Below are positions 9,732 to 18,429 of a stretch of DNA of 64,000 bases, one piece after another (the stretch's first letter is position 1; the number at the start of each line of letters is the position of its first letter). Under the pieces are notes generated by a model. That model was not told the DNA's origin, ran no database searches, and was given only the letters and a program-made list of their open reading frames with translations. This DNA is from Patescibacteria group bacterium (GTDB lineage: Bacteria; Patescibacteriota; Patescibacteriia; UBA2591; JAQWAS01): assembly GCA_028707495.1 (NCBI GenBank), contig JAQWAS010000004.1, positions 3,157 through 67,156 of the forward strand, read 5' to 3'. The translations under genes and the position numbers were made by a program.

Positions 9732-10886
9732 ATGAGAAACGTTTTTCTCGTCGCAATCGTCGTCGCTACCATACTGGTAGCCAGTGCTCAGGCCGATTCT
9801 CCGGTCGATTTGTCAAATCTTTCTGATTCGACCAAAGTTTCGTTCTTGCAGGTTGTAAACTACGCAGAAAATATTACACCTGGAACGGCGGATGTAATCT
9901 TTGGTCGACTTCTGGAATCACCGTTTTACGGTGTCGTCCCAGAAAGCATCGGCGTAGTCATTGTCAATAAACATCTCAAATTTATCGAGATTAAAGACAG
10001 AATGTCGATTGACTATACCAAATATATGACGCTTGTCGTCAAAAGTTTGGTGGAAAAAAACAATCAATCGGCAGTAACAACGGAAGATTCTGCCAGTGAG
10101 GAAGAAAGCCCCTCGCCGGCAACGAATGTTTCACAGGCTTTCATTGATAGCATCAAAGCTGATGCTATCAACGAGAGAAACCAACAAATCGCCGATTCAG
10201 TCACTCAAGTGATCGAAGATTCACTCGAATATGTTAGATTGGTCGAAGAAATTACTTATTCGGCCAACCTCGAGCTGTTAACGAATCTGTTGCGATATGA
10301 ACCGAGCGATCCCAAGATTATACACGAAAAATCTAGCCCAGAAAAACTAGCTAGAATTCTCTTGGGAGAGTGGAACTCCGCTGGCAATAAGGTTAAAGCC
10401 GGTGAAGAAGAAATTATGAAGTCAGCCAGGGCAGATACATTCCGTTCCGCCTGCAACAACCTGGGAATCAAGGGGCAGTCACAGGAAAGAATAATTTCAT
10501 TATTCAATCCTGTAAATCTTGATGATTCACTTCGAACGCTTGAAACAAAGATTGATTCTTTGAACAAAGCGTTTAAAAAATCTAAGGGTTTTAGTGACCT
10601 GGTAACCACTCCTAAGCCGCCCGATTCCACCGACGTAAAGATTCACAACTCCTCACTCGTCAATCCTCCACCGAAAGATCCTACAACCGAACAGAACCTC
10701 ATTGACCCTCCCCGCGATAAAAAGGAAAAAAATGCTGTTCTGGGGTTCTTCTTCCAAGACACGTTGCATATCATAGGAAGTGTGGCTGTCATAATTATTC
10801 TGGTTATCGTCTTGATAGTCATCATTGTAGCGATCCACCGGAAACGCCAATGCCGGATTGTACCGGAGAGACCCGGTAGGACTTAA
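9732..10886 (+). CDS. Orphan secreted, C-terminally membrane-anchored protein
   Basis: AAGGAGG SD before ATG 9732; signal peptide ending ASAQA; Pro-rich stalk, C-terminal TM helix and basic tail; visibly higher GC than its neighbours. Confidence 0.8.
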   Translation: MRNVFLVAIVVATILVASAQADSPVDLSNLSDSTKVSFLQVVNYAENITPGTADVIFGRLLESPFYGVVPESIGVVIVNKHLKFIEIKDRMSIDYTKYMTLVVKSLVEKNNQSAVTTEDSASEEESPSPATNVSQAFIDSIKADAINERNQQIADSVTQVIEDSLEYVRLVEEITYSANLELLTNLLRYEPSDPKIIHEKSSPEKLARILLGEWNSAGNKVKAGEEEIMKSARADTFRSACNNLGIKGQSQERIISLFNPVNLDDSLRTLETKIDSLNKAFKKSKGFSDLVTTPKPPDSTDVKIHNSSLVNPPPKDPTTEQNLIDPPRDKKEKNAVLGFFFQDTLHIIGSVAVIIILVIVLIVIIVAIHRKRQCRIVPERPGRT

Positions 10887-10913
10887 GTCCCACAACGAAG
10901 GGGACGCATCAAA

Positions 10914-10945
10914 AGGGGCGACTTTAAAGCCGCCCCTATTTTTTT
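10914..10945 (+). terminator. Rho-independent terminator (probably bidirectional)
   Basis: aggggcgac-tttaaa-gccgcccct followed by a T run. Confidence 0.7.
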
Positions 10946-10966
10946 ATAAAAATTATTTTTAAAAAC

Positions 10967-11845
10967 TCAAAAATTAAATAAGTTTATAGCATTAAACGTG
11001 GTTTGTTCTAAAACTTGTTCTAAATCTATATTTTTAATTTCAACGATCTTTTGAACTGTGAATTTAATATACCATGGTTCACATCTTTCTCTACGATGTG
11101 GTTCCGGCGACATATAGGGACAATCCGTTTCTAATAAAATTTTATCCAAAGGCACACTCGCCACTGTTTCAACTAATTCCGGCGCAAAGGTTATCACCCC
11201 AGTAAATCCAACATAAAATCCTAATTCTAAAAATTTTTTAGCCATCAAAGGACTACCAGTAAAACAATGAATTACACCATTAAAATATTGATATTTTTCT
11301 AAAAGTTCTAACATATCATTATAGGCTTGATCGGGCTCTTCTTTAGTTGAACGGCAATGTAAAATCAGAGGTAAATTTTGTTCCTGAGCCAATTGAATAA
11401 ATTGTCTAAAAATTTGTTGTTGTTTTTCTCGTAGTGCTTTCTCTTTGCCATAAAAATAATCTAAACCAATTTCGCCAATTGCCACGACTTTATTTCTTTG
11501 AGCTAATTCGCGATAAGCACCAATGTTTAATTCTTCATCGTTCACCCCGTTAGAAATTTTATAATCATTGAAATTATTCAATTTTTGAGGCAAATCCTGA
11601 TTAATTTTATTAACCTCATCATTGATATCTAAATTTCTAACGGGGTTCACATGAATTGGATGTAAACCCACAGCCGAATATAAATTTTCAAATTCTTGAG
11701 TCAAATCAACTGCGCGCTGACTTGAATCTAATTTAGCCCCCACATTAATAATTTTTAAGATGCCATTGTTAAAACTACGCTGAACAACTTCAGCGTAATC
11801 TTGATTAAAAGCTTTAAAATTTAAATGGCTGTGAGTGTCTATCAT
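10967..11845 (-). CDS. tatD: TatD family DNase with a 35-aa in-frame insertion
   Basis: MIDTHSHL, GLHP, AIGEIGLD, ILHCR, HCFTG, LETDCPY motifs. Confidence 0.95.
   Translation of the reverse strand: MIDTHSHLNFKAFNQDYAEVVQRSFNNGILKIINVGAKLDSSQRAVDLTQEFENLYSAVGLHPIHVNPVRNLDINDEVNKINQDLPQKLNNFNDYKISNGVNDEELNIGAYRELAQRNKVVAIGEIGLDYFYGKEKALREKQQQIFRQFIQLAQEQNLPLILHCRSTKEEPDQAYNDMLELLEKYQYFNGVIHCFTGSPLMAKKFLELGFYVGFTGVITFAPELVETVASVPLDKILLETDCPYMSPEPHRRERCEPWYIKFTVQKIVEIKNIDLEQVLEQTTFNAINLFNF
11544..11646. mobile_element. MITE with 16-bp perfect terminal inverted repeats inside tatD
   Basis: accccgttagaaattt (11544-11559) and aaatttctaacggggt (11631-11646); gttcac direct repeat at 11540-11545 and 11645-11650. 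Confidence 0.88.
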
Positions 11846-11849
11846 AAAA

Positions 11850-12482
11850 TTATTCTACGTTTAACCCTCCACCCTCAACTGCCTTTTCTAAACCCTGACT
11901 AGCGCCTTCAATAGCTTTATCTAAACCTTTGTCCAAATTTTCTTCAATAACTTGGTTAACTCCATGCTGATCCATAACTGAATCCAATTGCTTAACCCCT
12001 TCAGGAATAATGGGCATTAAAATTTTAATTATATTTAAAGCAAAAGGTATAATTCTAGAATTAATCATCGCTTCATTTAAAGCCGGCCAAATCGGATAAC
12101 GACTATAAAAATAAAAAATTACTCCCAAAACTAAAATACCTTCAAAAACACTCAAGACTCCACCCAAGATTCGGTTGAAGGTTTTTAAAAACGGCACAAA
12201 AGCGACAATGCCGAACATTTTACCTAAAAAGTAAAAGACGATTCCGATAACGCGGTTGAACAAAATAAAAATTATTACAAAAGCCAACAAAGCCACTAGG
12301 CGCTCTTGGCCAAATAAAATTGGTGCTATTTTTTCAACCACCAAAGGATACCATTTGCTAGCAAAATAAACTCCAAAAACTACACCGACAATCGAACCCA
12401 GTGAGTGAATAAAACCATATTTAACTCCACTCAAACAAAAACCAACTAGAATCAAAATTAAAATTAAGTCTAAGACTGTCAT
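11850..12482 (-). CDS. cvpA: CvpA family membrane protein
   Basis: N-terminal LDLILI..G.KYGF, NRILGGVLS..EG, ..SRIIP patterns typical of CvpA. Confidence 0.85.
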   Translation of the reverse strand: MTVLDLILILILVGFCLSGVKYGFIHSLGSIVGVVFGVYFASKWYPLVVEKIAPILFGQERLVALLAFVIIFILFNRVIGIVFYFLGKMFGIVAFVPFLKTFNRILGGVLSVFEGILVLGVIFYFYSRYPIWPALNEAMINSRIIPFALNIIKILMPIIPEGVKQLDSVMDQHGVNQVIEENLDKGLDKAIEGASQGLEKAVEGGGLNVE

Positions 12483-12494
12483 ACTTTTTTTAAA

Positions 12495-13169
12495 TTATTG
12501 ATTATTTATTATTAAGACAAACTCGCCTTTTATGCTGTCATTTTTAAGTTTTTGAATAACTTCACTAATTTTGCCACGATAAATTGTTTCAAATTTTTTA
12601 GTCAATTCACGTCCAACCACCAATTGTCTATCTCCGACCATATCTAATAGTTGTTCTAGAGTTTTTATAATTCGATGAGTCGATTCGTATAAAACAACCG
12701 GATATTCAAATTGAGCTAATTCTTTAAAAAATTTTAAACGCTTATTTTTATGTGGCGGAAACCCCATGAAAATAAATTTATCCATTGACAAACCAGCTAC
12801 GCTCGCCAAAGTGGTAATTGCACACGCCCCAGGAATGGGAATAATATCAACCTGATCTTTAAATTCTTGCATCACGCTTTCAATCAACTGATTACCAGGA
12901 TCTGAAATGCCTGGTGTGCCGGCATCCGAAACTAAAGCTAAATTCTGACCAATTTTTAATTCTTGAATAATGTGTTCAACTTTATTTAAATTTGAATGTT
13001 GATGATAGCTTAAGGTTGGTTTATTAATTTGATAATGATCCAATAATTTTTTAGTTTGACGCGTATCTTCACATAAAATCAAATTAACATTTTTAAGCAC
13101 TTCTAAGGCGCGTAATGTAATGTCATCTAGGTTTCCGATTGGTGTGGCAACGATGTAGAGAGTGGACAT
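12495..13169 (-). CDS. rsmI: 16S rRNA C1402 2'-O-methyltransferase
   Basis: LYIVATPIGNLDDITLRAL, CEDTR, VSDAGTPGISDPG, RELTKKFE. Confidence 0.97.
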   Translation of the reverse strand: MSTLYIVATPIGNLDDITLRALEVLKNVNLILCEDTRQTKKLLDHYQINKPTLSYHQHSNLNKVEHIIQELKIGQNLALVSDAGTPGISDPGNQLIESVMQEFKDQVDIIPIPGACAITTLASVAGLSMDKFIFMGFPPHKNKRLKFFKELAQFEYPVVLYESTHRIIKTLEQLLDMVGDRQLVVGRELTKKFETIYRGKISEVIQKLKNDSIKGEFVLIINNQ

Positions 13170-13171
13170 AA

Positions 13172-14221
13172 TTACTGTATCTTAACCTTACGAGTTGATT
13201 TAGTTAAATAAGGCAAATCCTTAACCAAAATGCTTAACGAGGCCACAACTGGCACAGCAATAATTGCCCCCAAAACACCGGCCAATTTAGCCCCAATCGC
13301 AATCGCAATAATAGTCACAATTGGATTTAAACCTACGGCTTTTTTCATCACGTGTGGCACGATTAAATTATTTTCTAATTGTTGAATCACAATATATAAA
13401 ATTAAAACTAACAGAGCTTTTAGAGGTGATTGCATAAAAGCTAATAAAATAGCCGGCAAAGCACCCAAAGTTGGCCCGATAAATGGAATAATTTCCATAA
13501 TCCCGGCAATTAAAGCCAGCAATAAGGCGTATTTAACGTTAATAATTAATAAACCAACATAAGATAAAATACCGATAATTAAACATAAAAACAGTTGCCC
13601 CTTTAACCACTGACCAATTTTGTTTTGCATTTTATCAACCAATTGCACGGTATAAACTTGATATTTCTGCGGTACAATTAATTCTAAAAATATCTTGGTG
13701 CTATCTTTTTTAACACTAATATAAAAAGTTATAATTAAAATTAAAACAAATGAAGTCAAACCACCCATAATACTACCGATGGTGTCAATTAAACTTTTAG
13801 TGGCTACACCCATATTGGCACTTAAACTCTGTAAAAAGTTTTGAAAGTTATAAGCACCTTCTTGTAATAACTCTGGTTTATTTTGAAATAACCCGATAAC
13901 CTTTTCATAATAAAAAGGAAAAGCTTTAGCTAACTGAGTTAATTGCTGACCGACGGCTGGAATAATTAATATGGTAACTAAGCTAACAATCCCGACTAAA
14001 ACTAAATAAATCAAAACAATGGTTAAAATTCGAGGAATTTTTTTTTCTTGCCATTTATCTACCCAAGGAATAACAGCTGAAGCTAAGATAACTGACACAA
14101 ATAAAATTAAAACGATATCTCGCACTAAATACAAAAAAAGAATAATTAAAATAATGGCTAAAATTTTTAAAAAACTCCAGACAATAACATCTACGGTTTG
14201 AGAACTTTTTTGATCTAACAT
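13172..14221 (-). CDS. AI-2E family transporter
   Basis: Multi-TM protein with IPFIGP, QQLENNLIVP and GLNP motifs. Confidence 0.9.
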   Translation of the reverse strand: MLDQKSSQTVDVIVWSFLKILAIILIILFLYLVRDIVLILFVSVILASAVIPWVDKWQEKKIPRILTIVLIYLVLVGIVSLVTILIIPAVGQQLTQLAKAFPFYYEKVIGLFQNKPELLQEGAYNFQNFLQSLSANMGVATKSLIDTIGSIMGGLTSFVLILIITFYISVKKDSTKIFLELIVPQKYQVYTVQLVDKMQNKIGQWLKGQLFLCLIIGILSYVGLLIINVKYALLLALIAGIMEIIPFIGPTLGALPAILLAFMQSPLKALLVLILYIVIQQLENNLIVPHVMKKAVGLNPIVTIIAIAIGAKLAGVLGAIIAVPVVASLSILVKDLPYLTKSTRKVKIQ

Positions 14222-14310
14222 AATTTTTATTTTTAAAACTTAAATATTTTTATTTTAAATAGTGTTTTCTAAATCAACCGATTTGGCAACCCCCTTCTTA
14301 ACGAAAAATT

Positions 14311-15585
14311 CTAAATATTAATATACTTTTTTAAATTTTGTTTTGCGTGAATATCACCAATTAAGGCTAGGCTAAATTTATTTTGGGTAAAAATCTCTTG
14401 AGCTATTTCTTGGATCTGACTAGCTTTAACTTGATCTATTTTTTTAAATTTTTCTTCTGGGTTTAAAATTTGCGACATTAATAATTTTTGGGCACCATAA
14501 AAAGACGCTAACATCGCCGAATCTTCAAGCGTTAAAATGGTTTTGCCTTTTAAATAATCTTGCGCCTGTTGTAATTCTTCACAAGTTACTCCATCTTTTT
14601 TAATTTTATTTAATTCCTGATTAATTACACTTAAAGTTGATTCTAAATTCTTTTTATCAATCCCAGCTCGAATTAAAAAACAACCCGTATCTTGATAAGA
14701 ATCGTGATCGGCCTGAACATAATAAGCCAAACCACGCTTACTTCTAACTTCAACAAACAACCGCGAACTCATATTCCCGCCTAAAATAATTGACAATAAA
14801 TCTAAAGCATCATTTCTTTTATCATCATAAGCTACGCCCGGAAACCCTAAAGCCAATTGCAATTGATCAGTTTGTCTTTTTAAAATATTAATTTCAGGCT
14901 GATAATTAGTAAATTTAAATTTTTTAAAATTCTGTTTGGTTTGATTTTTATTTTTAACTTTGAAATGTTGTTCTATCTTTTTTTTAAGATTTTGGGAGTC
15001 GTGTTTACCTGCCACAATTAAAACCATATTGTGTGGTTGATAAAACTTTTGATAATAATTTAGGATTTGTTGACGGCTAATTTGTTGAATGTTTTTTTGT
15101 GGCCCAGCAATACTCCAACCCAAACTGTTATTTTTAAAAATAGTCTGCTCAAACAAATCTTCAATATATAACAACGGATTATCTTGATACATTTTAATTT
15201 CCTCACAAATCACTCCCCTTTCACGATTAATTTCGGTCGATTCAAATTTAGAATTAAACAACATATCTGCTAACATATCTAAACTTAAATCTAAATGTTG
15301 ATAAGCTGATTTAATATAATAACCTGTATGATCTTTGCCGGTAAAAGCATTATAATTAGCACCAATCTTGTCTAATTCGCGACTAATATCTAAAGTTGTT
15401 GATCGACGTTGCGTGCCTTTAAACATTAAATGTTCAATAAAATGAGAAACGCCGTTAATTTCTAAATTTTCATAACGCGAGCCACACGGCAATAAAGCTA
15501 AAACAGTCACCGCTTGAGTGTTTTTTAATGGCACGGAAATTATTTGCAAACCATTTTTTAATTTAAATTGATAATAAGTGTTCAT
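14311..15585 (-). CDS. M16 family zinc peptidase
   Basis: Inverted zincin motif SHFIEHLMFKGT, NAFT, SSRLF..VR..RGLAY. Confidence 0.93.
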   Translation of the reverse strand: MNTYYQFKLKNGLQIISVPLKNTQAVTVLALLPCGSRYENLEINGVSHFIEHLMFKGTQRRSTTLDISRELDKIGANYNAFTGKDHTGYYIKSAYQHLDLSLDMLADMLFNSKFESTEINRERGVICEEIKMYQDNPLLYIEDLFEQTIFKNNSLGWSIAGPQKNIQQISRQQILNYYQKFYQPHNMVLIVAGKHDSQNLKKKIEQHFKVKNKNQTKQNFKKFKFTNYQPEINILKRQTDQLQLALGFPGVAYDDKRNDALDLLSIILGGNMSSRLFVEVRSKRGLAYYVQADHDSYQDTGCFLIRAGIDKKNLESTLSVINQELNKIKKDGVTCEELQQAQDYLKGKTILTLEDSAMLASFYGAQKLLMSQILNPEEKFKKIDQVKASQIQEIAQEIFTQNKFSLALIGDIHAKQNLKKYINI

Positions 15586-15591
15586 TTTTTC

Positions 15592-15885
15592 TTATAAATC
15601 TTTTATTTTAGATCGCCAAGAGTGACTTTTTAAATGCTCTAATATTTTAGATTGAATTGCTTCTAATTGAAGTCTATCCATCTCGTCTATTTTTCTTGCT
15701 AAATCTTTAGCTAAATTTGGATCTGAACACATATTCCAATCTCCATGGCAAATAGCCAAGGCAGCCATTTTAATATCACCTCCAACTACTTGTGTAATGC
15801 CAGGCAATGTCTGTTCGAGAGATCCCATTAATAAAGCATCTTCTTGTTTTGGACCCCCTCCCTCAAAATTATTTTCTAGTGACAT
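15592..15885 (-). CDS. Hypothetical protein
   Basis: 97-aa ORF packed tightly between glyS and the M16 peptidase. Confidence 0.65.
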   Translation of the reverse strand: MSLENNFEGGGPKQEDALLMGSLEQTLPGITQVVGGDIKMAALAICHGDWNMCSDPNLAKDLARKIDEMDRLQLEAIQSKILEHLKSHSWRSKIKDL

Positions 15886-15894
15886 AATTGTTGC

Positions 15895-17271
15895 TTAAAA
15901 TTTATCTTGGAAATAATTTTTTAATTCAGCAATTTTAATTCGCTCTTGTTGCATTGTATCTCGATCGCGAATAGTCACAGCTTGATCATCTAAACTTTCA
16001 AAATCGATTGTTAAACAATATGGCGTGCCAATCTCATCTTGACGACGATAACGTTTACCAATACTAGTGGTTTCGTCATAATCTAATTTATAATTTTGTT
16101 TTAAATCATCAAAAATTTGTTGGGCTAATTTTTGCAAAGGCTCCTTTTTAGATAACGGTAAAATAGCAATTTTAATTGGCGCTAATTCTGGATGTAATTT
16201 TAAAACTACTTCTGTTTCGTGTTTAGAGTCTTCATCACCGCTCCGAGTTTCTACTTCGGTATAGGCATCAACTAAAAACATTAACATGGCTCGATCAACT
16301 CCCATCGAAACTTCTTGTACCCAGGGTATAAATTTTTCTTTAGTTTCCAAATCCATATAACTCAAATCTTGTTTACTAAATTGACTATGTCGCGATAAAT
16401 CCCAGTCGCCACGATTATGTACGCCAGCAAATTCTTTCCAACCATCAAAAGGTGTTTTGTATTCAACATCCCACGCCTCTTTGGCATAATGAGCTAATTC
16501 GTCTTTTTCATGCTGACGCCAACGTAAATTTTTAGGTTGTTGAATAAATTCTTGATACCAATCCATTGTCCAATCTTTCCACGTTTTATAATATTTTTTA
16601 GCTTCTTGGGGGTTAACAAAATATTGCATTTCCATTTGTTCAAATTCTCTCATTCTAAAAATAAAATTGCCCGGTGTGATTTCATTTCTAAAGGCCTTGC
16701 CAATTTGAGCAATACCAAAAGGCATTTTTAAACGCATTGAATCTTTGATATTTAAATAATTTAAATAAATCCCCTGACACGTTTCACCACGCAAATAAGC
16801 ATCGTCTTGTTTACCCTCTACCACGCCCAATTGAGTTTTCATTAATAAATTAAAGCTCTGGGGCTGAGTTAATTCACCGCCACATTCAGGACAAGCCAAG
16901 CTGTCATTCTGAATCCGCTTTTTGGCGAATGAAGAATCCCGTTGTTCTAATTCGTCTTGCCTAAAACGCTGATGACATTTTTTACACTCAACCAAGGGAT
17001 CAGTAAAATTTTCTAAATGACCCGAGGCCTGCCAAACAATTTCCGGAGTTAAAATAGCGCTATCTAAACCAACTACATCTTGTCTTTCTTGCACCATACG
17101 ACGCCACCAAGCTTTTTTAATATTGTTTTTTAATTCTACACCCAAAGGTCCATAGTCATAAGTTGATCGCAACCCTCCGTAAATTTCAGCTGAGGGAAAA
17201 ATAAATCCCCTCCGTTTACACAACGAAATAATTTTATCCATAGAATTAATATTTGATTTTTCTTTATTCAT
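15895..17271 (-). CDS. glyS: Glycyl-tRNA synthetase, homodimeric (alpha2) type
   Basis: CKRRGFIFP..EIYGG, YDYGPLG, FRNEITPGNFIFRMREFEQME, IGKRYRRQDEIGTP. Confidence 0.97.
   Translation of the reverse strand: MNKEKSNINSMDKIISLCKRRGFIFPSAEIYGGLRSTYDYGPLGVELKNNIKKAWWRRMVQERQDVVGLDSAILTPEIVWQASGHLENFTDPLVECKKCHQRFRQDELEQRDSSFAKKRIQNDSLACPECGGELTQPQSFNLLMKTQLGVVEGKQDDAYLRGETCQGIYLNYLNIKDSMRLKMPFGIAQIGKAFRNEITPGNFIFRMREFEQMEMQYFVNPQEAKKYYKTWKDWTMDWYQEFIQQPKNLRWRQHEKDELAHYAKEAWDVEYKTPFDGWKEFAGVHNRGDWDLSRHSQFSKQDLSYMDLETKEKFIPWVQEVSMGVDRAMLMFLVDAYTEVETRSGDEDSKHETEVVLKLHPELAPIKIAILPLSKKEPLQKLAQQIFDDLKQNYKLDYDETTSIGKRYRRQDEIGTPYCLTIDFESLDDQAVTIRDRDTMQQERIKIAELKNYFQDKF
16902..16939. repeat. REP-like half element inserted in frame in glyS
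   Basis: tgtcattctgaatccgctttttggcgaatgaagaatcc; encodes RDSSFAKKRIQND on the minus strand. Confidence 0.7.
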
Positions 17272-17321
17272 AATTCTTGATTCTTATTTAATTATACTAT
17301 TAAAGCTATTTTCAGGCAAAT

Positions 17322-17349
17322 AAAAAATCCCGACACATGCCGGGATTTT
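17322..17349 (-). terminator. Rho-independent terminator
   Basis: aaaatcccg..cgggatttt hairpin with a T tract on the minus strand. Confidence 0.65.
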
Positions 17350-17354
17350 CAAAT

Positions 17355-17587
17355 CTATTTTTCGCTAGAATTTTTTAATCTAGCAATTTCATGGTTTAAA
17401 TACCACCGCGCCTTTTCAAGATCCTCAAATTTAGTTTTCGGATCCTTTTCGCCAGCTCGAGCAATATATTTTATGACATTGCCTAGGGAAAAATTCAGAC
17501 CCCAAGCATCAATTACCTTGATTGCTTCGTATGGATTGTCCCCCCCCCATAATGTTCTGGATGGTTAACAGCTTCTCTTTTTGCCAT
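17355..17587 (-). pseudogene. DUF3310-like protein frameshifted at a G9 tract
   Basis: AAAGGAG SD, then MAKREAVNHPEHYGG; after the G9 tract (17540-17548) another frame reads DNPYEAIKVIDAWGLNFSLGNVIKYIARAG..EDLEKARWYL; the 233-nt span is not a multiple of 3. Confidence 0.85.
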
Positions 17588-17768
17588 GACAACTCCTTTT
17601 TTTAATCCCAACTTAAAACTTTAGGGCTTTCTATTTCGGCTTGCGAACCTATTTGCACAGTTTCAATCATCGAAAAAGTTTTACTCGAAGATCTAAAAAG
17701 TCTAATTGTTTCTGGTGCGTCAGATGGACACATCGCGGCAACGATAAAAACAATAGCTTCCTTTCAAA

Positions 17769-17981
17769 TTAAGATAACCGCTCTCTGTAAGCTATTATCT
17801 TAGATTTTGATGACCCCAGTTGGTTTTTTAGGGAAAGATCAATACTCACAAATTCAACTGCCCTGTCTGAAAATTCAGCCGAAACAACCTCTTTAACATC
17901 GTCTTCGTTTTTAGCTACAACTAAAAGCTCCTTGCGTTTTCCCTCAACCATAACCACCACGTCAAAGTAATAATATTCCAA
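17769..17981 (-). CDS. Small hypothetical protein
   Basis: 70-aa ORF with GGGAGG SD and a TTG start. Confidence 0.65.
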   Translation of the reverse strand: MEYYYFDVVVMVEGKRKELLVVAKNEDDVKEVVSAEFSDRAVEFVSIDLSLKNQLGSSKSKIIAYRERLS

Positions 17982-18050
17982 TACTTTTCCTCCCTTAAAT
18001 ATAATTTGTGCATAATTCTTGTTGATATTATGATTGCCTTGGTTTTAATT

Positions 18051-18338
18051 TTATATATCTATATCTTCGTAAATATGCTTGCCGAAAAGATTCTTATCGA
18101 AAAAATAAATATTCAAATCTTCGGCACATATCGCTCCTAAAACACAGGCCAAACCGGCTATAGAAATTAAAAAATAGTATAGCCAGTTTATTACATGATC
18201 AATCACATAAAAATAGATTGATATGAAAATAAAGACCACAACAACCACTATTAAACAGATCAAAGAAAATATTCCTTGACCAAAAAGAATAAATGGATTT
18301 AAATCATCTCTTTTGCTTGCATTAATTTTTAGGGACAT
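18051..18338 (-). CDS. Hypothetical 2-TM membrane protein
   Basis: AAAGGAG SD, two hydrophobic helices, upstream TTGACA promoter. Confidence 0.7.
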   Translation of the reverse strand: MSLKINASKRDDLNPFILFGQGIFSLICLIVVVVVFIFISIYFYVIDHVINWLYYFLISIAGLACVLGAICAEDLNIYFFDKNLFGKHIYEDIDI

Positions 18339-18429
18339 TTTTCTCCTTTCGCCTTTTAACTAAATTTGGGTTATAAAATTTTAACGAACGATTTATTTAA
18401 TTTAATTCTTATTTTAAATTTTGTCAAGG

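Noticed and set aside
17355-18338. Prophage
   Set aside because: Only ~1 kb of small ORFs; no integrase, structural genes or att repeats.
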